From an uncultured Collinsella sp. (GTDB lineage: Bacteria > Actinomycetota > Coriobacteriia > Coriobacteriales > Coriobacteriaceae): 64,000 bases of DNA. Made by a program: the position numbers and the translations under genes. A model generated the notes under the pieces. It worked only from the letters and a program-made list of their open reading frames with translations. It was not told the origin of the DNA and searched no databases. The first letter of the stretch is position 1. Each line of letters opens with the position of its first letter. Of this stretch, positions 8,801-17,445 are shown piece after piece. The stretch is from positions 14,857 through 78,856 of the forward strand of contig CABSMQ010000001.1 in the NCBI GenBank assembly GCA_902478965.1, given 5' to 3'.

Positions 8801-10476
8801 TGAAGGAACTTTCCGAGGTCCTGCAGGATTGGGAGGCCGTGATCGGCCTGGAGATCCATACCGAGCTCACCGCACTCGATACCAAGATGTTCTGCAACTG
8901 CAAGCTCAGCCACGATGACGAGCCCAACGCCAACGTGTGCCCGGTGTGTCTGGGTCTGCCCGGCGCCCTGCCGGTGCCTAACAAGAAGGCAATCGAGAGC
9001 ATCGTCAAGGCCGGTCTCGCCACCAATTGCGAGATCCAGCGCCACTCGATGTTCTACCGCAAGCACTACTTCTATCCCGATATGGCCAAGAACTTTCAGA
9101 CCACGCAGGGCCCGGTCGCCTTTGCCATGTACGGTCACCTGGATTTGGACGTGACCGGTCGCGGTGCCGCCGAGCGCCCCGACTGCGCGTTTGGCGAGGC
9201 CGAGGCCCAGAGCCTGGCGAGCGCCTCGGCCAACGCCGAGGGTCTGTCCACGTCCATGACGTCGACCATGCGCGAGGGCAACCAGCGTGCCGGTCACCTG
9301 GCCAGCTACGATGCTTCTAACTTGCAGATGCCCGAGCGCCGCGAGGACGGTTCCTACACGGTACCCATTCGCATTCTGCGCATCCACATGGAGGAGGACG
9401 CCGCCAAGATGGTCCACGTGGGCGGCGCTGAGGGCCGCATTACCGCCGCGGCCGAGTCGCTCGTCGACTACAACCGCTGCGGCACGCCTTTGATTGAGCT
9501 CGTGACAGAGCCCGACTTGCGCACGCCCGAGGAGGCCCGCCTGTTTATGGAGAAGCTCCGTCGCATCTTTGTGACGCTGGGCATTTCCGACTGCTCCATG
9601 GAGAAGGGCTCCATGCGCTGCGACGGCAACGTGTCGCTGCGTCGCCGCGGCGAGACCAAGCTGGGTACCAAGACCGAGCTTAAGAACCTCAACTCGTTTA
9701 AGAGCCTGCATGACGGCCTTGCCTACGAGATCTGCCGCCAGGCCGAGGTGCTCGAGGAGGGCGGCATCATCTACCAGGAGACCCGCCACTGGGAGCCCAG
9801 CCGCAAGCGCACCGTTGTCATGCGTGTGAAGGAGACGGCCGACGACTATCGTCTGTTCCCCGATCCCGACCTAGCGCCGTTCGATCTGAACGACGAGTTC
9901 ATCGACCGCTGCCGTGGCGAGATTCCCGAGCTGCCCGACGCCAAGCGCGTCCGTTTTGAGGCCGACTTTGGTATTAAGACAGCCGACGCCGAGCAGATTG
10001 CCGGCGACCCGGAGTTTGCCGAGTTCTTTGAGGCCGCCGCTGCCGGTATGGCTGGCAAGGAGGCCCAGACGGTTGCAAACTTGCTGGTGAACGAGATGAT
10101 CGCCTACCTTAAGGGCGCGGGCGTCTCGCTGGCCGAGTCCGGCATCGCGCCGGCTCAGGTGGCAGCCCTTGCCAAGCTGCTGGCGACCGATGCCATCAGC
10201 TCCAACCAGGCACACGAGGTCTTTGAGGCCATGGCCCAGACCGGCGACGACCCCAACAAGATCGTCGACGAGCGCGGCATGCGTCAGGTGAGCGATGCTG
10301 GCGCGCTGCAGCCGATCGTGGACGAGGTGCTGGCAAACTGTGCCGATCAGGCGCAGCAGTATCGTGACGGCAACCAGAAGGTCATCGGCTTTTTGGTGGG
10401 CCAGTGCATGAAGGCGAGCCGCGGCAAGGGCAACCCGAAGCTCTTCAACGAGTTGCTGAGAACGTCGCTCTCGTAA
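8800..10476 (+). CDS. gatB: Asp/Glu-tRNA amidotransferase subunit B, with an internal insertion
   Basis: IGLEIH, HMEEDAAK, DYNRCGTPLIE and MRCDGNVS motifs. Confidence 0.97.
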   Translation: MKELSEVLQDWEAVIGLEIHTELTALDTKMFCNCKLSHDDEPNANVCPVCLGLPGALPVPNKKAIESIVKAGLATNCEIQRHSMFYRKHYFYPDMAKNFQTTQGPVAFAMYGHLDLDVTGRGAAERPDCAFGEAEAQSLASASANAEGLSTSMTSTMREGNQRAGHLASYDASNLQMPERREDGSYTVPIRILRIHMEEDAAKMVHVGGAEGRITAAAESLVDYNRCGTPLIELVTEPDLRTPEEARLFMEKLRRIFVTLGISDCSMEKGSMRCDGNVSLRRRGETKLGTKTELKNLNSFKSLHDGLAYEICRQAEVLEEGGIIYQETRHWEPSRKRTVVMRVKETADDYRLFPDPDLAPFDLNDEFIDRCRGEIPELPDAKRVRFEADFGIKTADAEQIAGDPEFAEFFEAAAAGMAGKEAQTVANLLVNEMIAYLKGAGVSLAESGIAPAQVAALAKLLATDAISSNQAHEVFEAMAQTGDDPNKIVDERGMRQVSDAGALQPIVDEVLANCADQAQQYRDGNQKVIGFLVGQCMKASRGKGNPKLFNELLRTSLS

Positions 10477-10480
10477 ACGG

Positions 10481-10621
10481 GAACCCGGGAGCCCCGGCAG
10501 GGCGGGTGCTTCCTCAAAATTTCGAACAGTCCTGCGCAAGACGAAGGCCACATTAAGTGGCCTTCTTTGCGTGCGGAACTCATTTTGAGCAAGCACCCGC
10601 CCTGCCGGGGCTCCCGGGTTC
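10481..10621 (+). repeat. Long structured palindromic element (family B, copy 1)
   Basis: ~30-bp terminal inverted repeat; core TCGAACAGTCCTG..CACATTAAGTG..CGTGCGGAACTC is shared with 32148-32281. Confidence 0.85.
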
Positions 10622-10707
10622 TGGCAACGACTCGGCCGTTCGGGTCAGGTGGGGCTGAATGGAATAGAGTGAATGGGCGCGCCGTTGGCGCGTCCATTTT
10701 TGTGCGG

Positions 10708-10734
10708 GTGACAAAGGGACTGTCCCTTTGTCAC
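10708..10734. repeat. REP-like palindrome (family A-related)
   Basis: GTGACAAAGGGACTGTCCCTTTGTCAC; similar to 17003-17035. Confidence 0.7.
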
Positions 10735-10774
10735 ATTGCAATAAATGTGATGAGAGTGTGGCGAAATGAGCTTA

Positions 10775-10849
10775 AAACTTCCGTAAATGTGATAAATGTC
10801 ACGTTTTACCTAGGGTAAAATGTGGGAAATATCACGTTTACGGAAGTTT
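10775..10849. promoter_or_regulatory. 75-bp imperfect palindrome upstream of the AAA gene
   Basis: AAACTTCCGTAAATGTGATA / TATCACGTTTACGGAAGTTT, with inner TTTTACC-TAG-GGTAAAA. Confidence 0.6.
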
Positions 10850-10868
10850 CTTTGCGGGAGGTTCGTCC

Positions 10869-12233
10869 ATGCAGCGAGATATCATTGCCAAGCTTAACGC
10901 TTGGAAAGCGTCAGAATATCGTAAGCCGCTTATCCTTAAGGGGGCGCGCCAGGTTGGAAAGACGTGGGCGCTTAAGGAGTTCGGCCGAACCTCGTACATC
11001 AATTTTGTGTATCTGACGCTCGAGGAGCCGTCACCTGGGGTACAGAGCGAGTACGCTCAGTTTTTCGAAGGTACGCGCGATCCTCGACGGATCATCTCAA
11101 ATCTTTCCCTGGCACTTGGACAGCCTATCGATCCCGGCAAAACGCTGCTTATTATTGATGAGATCCAGGATTGTCCTTCTGCAGTCGGCGCCCTTAAATA
11201 CTTCTGTGACGAGGCCCCCGAGTATCACGTCGCATGCGCAGGGTCTTTGTTGGGCGTTCGCTTGTCCCGTGAGACCAGCGCTTTTCCGGTGGGAAAGGTC
11301 GAGTTCATGGAGATGCGCCCCATGAGCTTTTCCGAGTTTCTGAAAGCCGAGGGCGCTGCAAACTACGACGAATACCTTGGCGGCCTGGATCAGATCGAAA
11401 CAGTGCCCGATTTCTTCCATGTCCGTCTCGTCGAGCATCTTCGTCGTTATTTTGCATGCGGCGGCATGCCAGAGGCTCTTGGCCGGTGGGTGGAGACGGG
11501 CGATATCGTTCAGGTCGATAAGGTGTTGTCTGATCTCTTGGATTCCTACGAGCGCGATTTTGCCAAGCATGGTGGCCGTGCGCAGTTCGCCAAGCTTTCG
11601 CAAATATGGAACTCGATTCCAGCTCAGTTGGCGCGCGAGAACAAAAAGTTCGTTTGGGGTGCGGTGCGCGAGGGGGCTCGTGCTCGAGAATACGAGGATG
11701 CTCTGGAATGGCTTGCCGATGCTGGGCTCATCACGGCGGTTCGCCTTAATGCTGCCGGTGGTGTGCCGCTCTCTGCGTACGATGACCTCAAGGCATTTAA
11801 AGTCTACTGTCTTGATGTCGGCTTGCTGCGCCGCATGGCAAGGCTGGATGCGTCCGCTTTTGCCATCTCGGATGCGCTATTTTCGGAGTTCAAAGGTTCG
11901 TTCGCCGAGAACTATGTGCTTCAGGCATTACTTTCACAGTTAGATGCTGCTCCGCGTTACTGGACAAACGAGAAGCCGAAGCACGAAGTCGATTTTTTGA
12001 TTCAAGTCGGAAACGAAATCGTTCCCGTCGAGGTCAAATCGGGAGAGGTCGTTCACTCCAAGAGCCTTAAGTACTATGCCGACAAGCATGCGGAGACGAC
12101 TCCATTGAGGGTCCGCTACTCACTTAAGAACCTAAAGCTCGACGACGGGGTGCTCAACATTCCGTTGTATTTGGCTGATCGATCTGTCCCTCTTATCAAA
12201 AAGGCGCTTGATTGTGCGCATCTTGACGTTTAG
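10869..12233 (+). CDS. AAA_14 ATPase with DUF4143 (nuclease-like) C-terminal domain
   Basis: Walker A GARQVGKT, Walker B IIDEIQ, GGMPE, and EVDF..PVEVKSG. Confidence 0.9.
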   Translation: MQRDIIAKLNAWKASEYRKPLILKGARQVGKTWALKEFGRTSYINFVYLTLEEPSPGVQSEYAQFFEGTRDPRRIISNLSLALGQPIDPGKTLLIIDEIQDCPSAVGALKYFCDEAPEYHVACAGSLLGVRLSRETSAFPVGKVEFMEMRPMSFSEFLKAEGAANYDEYLGGLDQIETVPDFFHVRLVEHLRRYFACGGMPEALGRWVETGDIVQVDKVLSDLLDSYERDFAKHGGRAQFAKLSQIWNSIPAQLARENKKFVWGAVREGARAREYEDALEWLADAGLITAVRLNAAGGVPLSAYDDLKAFKVYCLDVGLLRRMARLDASAFAISDALFSEFKGSFAENYVLQALLSQLDAAPRYWTNEKPKHEVDFLIQVGNEIVPVEVKSGEVVHSKSLKYYADKHAETTPLRVRYSLKNLKLDDGVLNIPLYLADRSVPLIKKALDCAHLDV

Positions 12234-12297
12234 ATCCTGGGTGAGCTGACGGGCGGTGGCTAATTAATCGCTCCGTTACGGCCAGGGAGCTTGGGCC

Positions 12298-13302
12298 TTA
12301 GCGATGCTTGCTTCGCCAAGCGGTGGGGGTGGTGCCGGTGTATTGTTTGAAGGCTTGGGCGAAGGCGGCTTGCTGAGGGTAGTCGAGCCGCTCTGCTACC
12401 TGCGCTATCGTGAGCGCGCTATCGGCCAAAAGGTCCTGTGCTCGCTCCATACGGCGTCTGCGAATGTAGGCGCCCAGGGATTCGCCAGTTTGGGCCTTAA
12501 AGGTGGCGCATAGTTTGGAGCGGCTTGTGTAGAGCCTCTCGGCCACCTCGTTGATACCCACACGTCTGCCCTTGTCGAGCGCGCACTCAATCATTGCCGT
12601 TGCTTCTACGGCAATGGTTATGCTGACGCGTGTATCTGTCGCCTGCCGCGCCTGCTTGTGGGCCGCGCACGAACAGGCGAGCTCCGCGACCATGGTCTCC
12701 ACGATGCCCTGCATATAGACGTGTCCGCCTACGGTGCGGGCGCGGTCCTCGTTAATCCGGCGCAGCGTGTGGCAGATGACAGACGTCGCTTCCTCGTGCC
12801 ACGGCTCGGCAAACGCCTCAAAGATCCCCGCGAACTCGGTGGGATAGCGATGCTCCAGTTCGTCAAAATATCCAGGCAAAAAGAGCACCGAGCGCGAGTG
12901 ATAAAGCTCCCCCGCAAACAGCGGGCTTAATTCCTCGCCACAGCTATCTTGGATAAAGCTGCAAACGGCATTGTTTGGCCACGGTCCATGCAATGGTTTG
13001 AGGTTCGCGGGCGTTATGCCAGCCTCGGGCATGCATGTAAGTGTGGGCGCGCTGACTTCGCTCACGCAGGCGTATGGCTCGGGTGTGTATTCGGCCAGGT
13101 ACATATCGTGCGTCGGGGTGATGAAATGCTCCATGACGATGCAGGCAGGGGAGAGAGGCATGATCCATGCGCGGCCGTGCGCCCGTTCGTTTGCCACCTC
13201 GCCGGTAAAGACGGCACCCTTGCCGGTAAGCTCCAGGCCAAACTGCTCAAATTGCGGTGCGTAGAGCTCGGTTATGTCGGTCGCTGCCCGCCGTATTTGC
13301 AA
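12298..13302 (-). CDS. AraC family transcriptional regulator
   Basis: C-terminal double HTH (IAQVAERLDY..FAQAFKQYTGTTP); TTG start with purine-rich SD. Confidence 0.9.
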   Translation of the reverse strand: MQIRRAATDITELYAPQFEQFGLELTGKGAVFTGEVANERAHGRAWIMPLSPACIVMEHFITPTHDMYLAEYTPEPYACVSEVSAPTLTCMPEAGITPANLKPLHGPWPNNAVCSFIQDSCGEELSPLFAGELYHSRSVLFLPGYFDELEHRYPTEFAGIFEAFAEPWHEEATSVICHTLRRINEDRARTVGGHVYMQGIVETMVAELACSCAAHKQARQATDTRVSITIAVEATAMIECALDKGRRVGINEVAERLYTSRSKLCATFKAQTGESLGAYIRRRRMERAQDLLADSALTIAQVAERLDYPQQAAFAQAFKQYTGTTPTAWRSKHR

Positions 13303-13362
13303 AAACGTCCCTTTCCTTTGCAGAAACGTCCACGCCTGGCTTGATTGTGAGCCATGGCTAAC
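13296..13362. promoter_or_regulatory. Candidate AraC direct repeats and a metal-repressor-like palindrome
   Basis: TTTGCARAAACGTCC twice at a 21-bp period (13296, 13317); GTGAGCCATGGCTAAC at 13347-13362. Confidence 0.55.
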
Positions 13363-13416
13363 ACATCAATGATAAGTTCATTACGGTTAACTCTCAAGCC
13401 GTTAGAAAGGAATCTC

Positions 13417-15243
13417 ATGGCAAAGGGATCAAAAAGGGAAGGTGGAGGCATCGGCGAGTTGCTCGCGTATGCCGGTGACCGTAAATTCCTAACGTATTTG
13501 GGCATGGCGCTCTCGGCGCTCTCGCAGCTGCTGAGCTTTGGCCCGTACGTGTGCATTTGGCTTGTCGCTCGCGACCTGATCGCCGTGGCACCTAACTGGA
13601 GCGAAGCCTGCGACATCGCGATGTATGGCTGGTGGGCCGTGGGGTTTGCGCTGGCAAGCATCGTAGTGTATTTCGCAGGCCTCATGTGCACGCACCTGTC
13701 TGCGTTTCGCTGCGCGTCCAATATCCGCAAGACTGCGAGCGAGCACCTGCTTAAACTGCCGCTTGGCTACTTTGACACGCACGCCACCGGTGAGCTGCGT
13801 CGTGTTGTAGACGGGTGTGCCGCCTCCACCGAGACTTTGCTCGCGCACATGCTGCCCGATATCGCAGGCGCCGTCGCCATGGTCGTGGGCTTGCTCGTGC
13901 TGCTTTTCGCCCTCGATTGGCGCTTGGGCGCGGCATGCCTCATCTCGGTGGCCATTTCGTTTGGCGCCATGGCCACCATGATGAGCGGCAAAGGCGCCGA
14001 GTTCATGAAGGCCTACATGGGAGCGCTGGTCAAGATGAACAAGACCGGCACCGAATACGTACGAGGCATCCCCGTGGTCAAGGTGTTTCAGCAGACGGTC
14101 TACTCCTTTAAGGCCTTCCACGATGCGATCGCCGAATATGCCGACATGGCGCAAAACTATGCGGGCACGTTCTGCCGAGGTCCGCAGGTGCTCAACCTTA
14201 CCGCGCTCAATGGCCTTGTGACATTCCTGCTGCCCGTGGCGTTGCTGTTGGCGCCGGGCGAGACGGACTTCGCGCATTTTATGGCCAACTTCACGTTTTA
14301 CGCGATATTTTCGGCCGTGGTGCCGACGGCCATGACCAAGCTCATGTTTGTGGGCGAGGCCTCTCAGATGAGTGCCGATTCGCTGGCTCGTATTCGAAGC
14401 GTCATGGATTCCAAGCAGCTCTCCGTGCCCGCCCAACCCAAGCACCCTGCCGGTGGCGACGTGCGATTTGAGGACGTGAGTTTTACCTACGAGGGTGCCG
14501 AAACACCTGCCGTTAGCCATGTGAGCTTTAGCGTTTCCGCGGGTAGCACTCTCGCCCTGGTGGGTCCCTCGGGTGGCGGCAAGTCAACCTGCGCAAGCCT
14601 GATCCCGCGTTTTTGGGACGTTTCCTCGGGTCGAGTGCTCGTAGGCGGTGTGGACGTTCGCGATATGGATCCGCACGAGCTTATGGGCCAGGTCGCCTTC
14701 GTGTTCCAGACCAACCAGCTGTTCCGGCAAACACTTGCCGATAACGTGCGCGCCTCCAAGCCTACGGCCACTGACGACGAAGTGCGTGCGGCCCTCACTG
14801 CAGCTCAGTGCGACGACATTGTGGCCAAGCTCCCACAGGGCATCAATACCATGCTCGGTGCCGGCGGAGCATATCTTTCGGGCGGCGAGGTCCAGCGCGT
14901 GGCACTCGCCCGCGCGATCCTTAAAGACGCGCCTATCGTGGTGCTCGATGAGGCCACGGCGTTTGCCGATCCCGAGAACGAGGCGCTCATCCAGCGCGCC
15001 TTTAGCAAGCTGGCGGCTGGTCGCACAGTCATTATGATTGCGCACCGACTCTCGACTGTGGTGGGCGCAGACCAAATCGTGGTGCTCAACCAGGGCAGCG
15101 TGCAGGAGTCGGGTACCCATGCCGAGTTGCTGTCCCAAGAGGGTCTGTATGCCAAGATGTGGGCCGAATACGAACAGGCCGCGAGCTGGAAAATCACTGC
15201 AGCGACCGCGGATGCCGCCGTCACGAAGGGAGGCGAGGCCTAA
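13417..15243 (+). CDS. ABC transporter permease/ATPase, YbtP/IrtA-like exporter fold
   Basis: TM domain plus GPSGGGKS, LSGGE and LDEATAFADPENE motifs. Confidence 0.88.
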   Translation: MAKGSKREGGGIGELLAYAGDRKFLTYLGMALSALSQLLSFGPYVCIWLVARDLIAVAPNWSEACDIAMYGWWAVGFALASIVVYFAGLMCTHLSAFRCASNIRKTASEHLLKLPLGYFDTHATGELRRVVDGCAASTETLLAHMLPDIAGAVAMVVGLLVLLFALDWRLGAACLISVAISFGAMATMMSGKGAEFMKAYMGALVKMNKTGTEYVRGIPVVKVFQQTVYSFKAFHDAIAEYADMAQNYAGTFCRGPQVLNLTALNGLVTFLLPVALLLAPGETDFAHFMANFTFYAIFSAVVPTAMTKLMFVGEASQMSADSLARIRSVMDSKQLSVPAQPKHPAGGDVRFEDVSFTYEGAETPAVSHVSFSVSAGSTLALVGPSGGGKSTCASLIPRFWDVSSGRVLVGGVDVRDMDPHELMGQVAFVFQTNQLFRQTLADNVRASKPTATDDEVRAALTAAQCDDIVAKLPQGINTMLGAGGAYLSGGEVQRVALARAILKDAPIVVLDEATAFADPENEALIQRAFSKLAAGRTVIMIAHRLSTVVGADQIVVLNQGSVQESGTHAELLSQEGLYAKMWAEYEQAASWKITAATADAAVTKGGEA

Positions 15244-17001
15244 ATGTTCGCCTCATTCCAAAAGAAGTATTTCCTATCCGATAAAGGCGTCGCCGGCGTA
15301 AAACGCGGCATTTTCTGGACCACGCTCACTAATCTTATTACCGTGGCTGGCATGGGCTTTTTATTCCTGGCTATGGCCGGCTTTGTCGAGCATCTCGTCG
15401 CCGGCGCCGACCTGCCGGATGCCCTGCCGATCGTGGGCGGCCTCCTGGTCTTTTTCGTGTTGCTCTTTGCCTCTAACTGGCAGCAGTATTACTACACCTA
15501 CTGCATCTTTTACGAGGAGTGCGGCAAGCAGCGTATGGAGATTGCCGAGCGCTTGCGCAAACTGCCGCTGTCGTTTTTTGGTCGTCGTGATCTGGCCGAT
15601 TTAACCGAGACCATCATGGGTGACGTCCAGGCCATGGAGCACGCCTACAGCCACGTGCTGGGAGAGCTTTGGGGTGCCATCATCGCAAGCGCCATTGTCT
15701 TCGTGGCATCGCTGTTCTTTTGCTGGCAGCTGGCGATTGCGGCGTTTTGGAGCGTTCCCGTGGCCTTTGCCGTGTTGTATCTAACACGCGGCCCCATGAC
15801 TCCGGTGTTTGATCGCGTGCGCGCCGAGAAGGTCAAGGTTACCGAGGCTATTCAAGAGACGCTCGACTGCGTTCGCGAGATTCGCGCCACCAACCAGGAG
15901 GCCCATTATCTTGAGGGACTCAACGCCGTGATCGATGCCGAGGAGCGCGAGACCACCAAGGGCGAGCTCGCTAACGGGCTTTTGGTCAACTCCGCCTTTG
16001 CCATCCTGCGTCTGGGCATTGCCACCACGCTGGTCACGGGTGCCGCGATGGTCGCCTCCGGGCAGGTCGACTTTTTGGTGATGTTTGCCTTCCTGCTTAT
16101 GGTGAGCCGTATCTATGCGCCCTTTGACCAGGCGTTAATGTTGATGTCTGAGCTGTTTGCCGCCGAGTCGTCTGCCAAGCGCATGCGTTCCATCATGGAA
16201 GAGCCTGTGGCGCGGGGCAGCGAGATATTTGAGCCCGTGGGCCACGATGTGGTGTTCGATCACGTGGCATTTGGCTATGGTGCGGGCGAGGACGGCCGCG
16301 CCGGCGAGAAAGTTCTTGCCGATGTGAGCTTTACCGCCAAGGAAGGCGAAGTTACGGCGCTAGTCGGTCCTTCGGGTTCCGGTAAGTCTACGGTGAGCCG
16401 CCTGGCCGCGCGCTTTTGGGATGCCACCGAAGGCACGGTCACCGTGGGTGGCGTGGATGTTGCGGGCGTCGATTCCGAGGTGCTCCTGCGCGACTACGCC
16501 ATTGTGTTCCAAGACGTGCTGCTCTTTGACGACACGGTGATGGGAAACATCCGCCTCGGGCGTCGTGACGCCACCGATGAGGAAGTGCTTGCGGCCGCGC
16601 GTGCCGCCAACTGCGACGAGTTTGTGAACCGCATGCCGCAGGGCTACGACACCATGATCGGCGAGAACGGCTCCAAGCTGTCCGGCGGCGAGCGCCAGCG
16701 CATCTCTATCGCCCGCGCACTGCTCAAAGACGCGCCCATCGTGCTGTTGGACGAGGCGACGGCGAGCTTGGACGTGGAGAACGAGACCGTGGTACAGCAG
16801 GCACTTTCTCGTTTGCTCGCCGGCAAGACGGTTATCGTTATTGCCCACCGTATGCGTACGGTGGAAAATGCCGACAAAATCGTTGTGCTCAAGGATGGCG
16901 TGGTTGCCGAGCAGGGCACTCCGGCGCAGCTCAAGGCGGCAGGTGGAGAATTCGCCCGCATGGTTGCGCTGCAAAAGGAAGCGGCGGCCTGGCAGCTGTA
17001 G
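15244..17001 (+). CDS. ABC transporter permease/ATPase, YbtQ/IrtB-like partner
   Basis: TM domain plus GPSGSGKS, LSGGERQR and LDEATASLD motifs; abuts the previous gene. Confidence 0.88.
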   Translation: MFASFQKKYFLSDKGVAGVKRGIFWTTLTNLITVAGMGFLFLAMAGFVEHLVAGADLPDALPIVGGLLVFFVLLFASNWQQYYYTYCIFYEECGKQRMEIAERLRKLPLSFFGRRDLADLTETIMGDVQAMEHAYSHVLGELWGAIIASAIVFVASLFFCWQLAIAAFWSVPVAFAVLYLTRGPMTPVFDRVRAEKVKVTEAIQETLDCVREIRATNQEAHYLEGLNAVIDAEERETTKGELANGLLVNSAFAILRLGIATTLVTGAAMVASGQVDFLVMFAFLLMVSRIYAPFDQALMLMSELFAAESSAKRMRSIMEEPVARGSEIFEPVGHDVVFDHVAFGYGAGEDGRAGEKVLADVSFTAKEGEVTALVGPSGSGKSTVSRLAARFWDATEGTVTVGGVDVAGVDSEVLLRDYAIVFQDVLLFDDTVMGNIRLGRRDATDEEVLAAARAANCDEFVNRMPQGYDTMIGENGSKLSGGERQRISIARALLKDAPIVLLDEATASLDVENETVVQQALSRLLAGKTVIVIAHRMRTVENADKIVVLKDGVVAEQGTPAQLKAAGGEFARMVALQKEAAAWQL

Positions 17002-17002
17002 G

Positions 17003-17035
17003 AATATGACAAAGGGGCAGTTCCTTTGTCATATT
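17003..17035. repeat. REP-like palindrome (family A-related)
   Basis: AATATGACAAAGGGGCAGTTCCTTTGTCATATT. Confidence 0.7.
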
Positions 17036-17181
17036 GAGTTCACCCCCAAAGTTTCCAAAAAGTTAGCCACTGTTGACCAAATAGTTATACTAAACTGTTC
17101 TCAAAAGCGTGCTCGAGCAAACTAATGAACTCGGGTGCTAAGGCACCATGCCGCGCTTGTGCGGCAAAAGGGAGAAGCAAC

Positions 17182-17427
17182 ATGAAGAAGTCGACGTTCA
17201 ATACCCTGCTTGTCGGTGGCGGTTTTCTGCTTGGCACGGCCGGCATCAAGCTGCTTACCAGCGCTCCGGTCAAGAATGCCTGCGTGCAGGGCATTGCGTG
17301 CGGCATGCGCATCAAGAACGGCTACCAGGACATGGTCGAGCAGGCCAAGGCTAATGTCGACGACATGGTTGCCGAGGCTGCCTACATCACCCAGAGCGAG
17401 GCCGCTGCTGACGAGGCAGCCGAGTAA
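17182..17427 (+). CDS. Small membrane-associated protein, FezA-like
   Basis: GGGAGA SD; N-terminal hydrophobic GxxxG segment (GGGFLLGTAG); helical C-terminus with DDMVAEA. Confidence 0.7.
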   Translation: MKKSTFNTLLVGGGFLLGTAGIKLLTSAPVKNACVQGIACGMRIKNGYQDMVEQAKANVDDMVAEAAYITQSEAAADEAAE

Positions 17428-17445
17428 CGCTCCCAGGCACAAACT

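Noticed and set aside
9154..9360. Intein in GatB
   Set aside because: Too short, and no Cys/Ser start or His-Asn end motifs.
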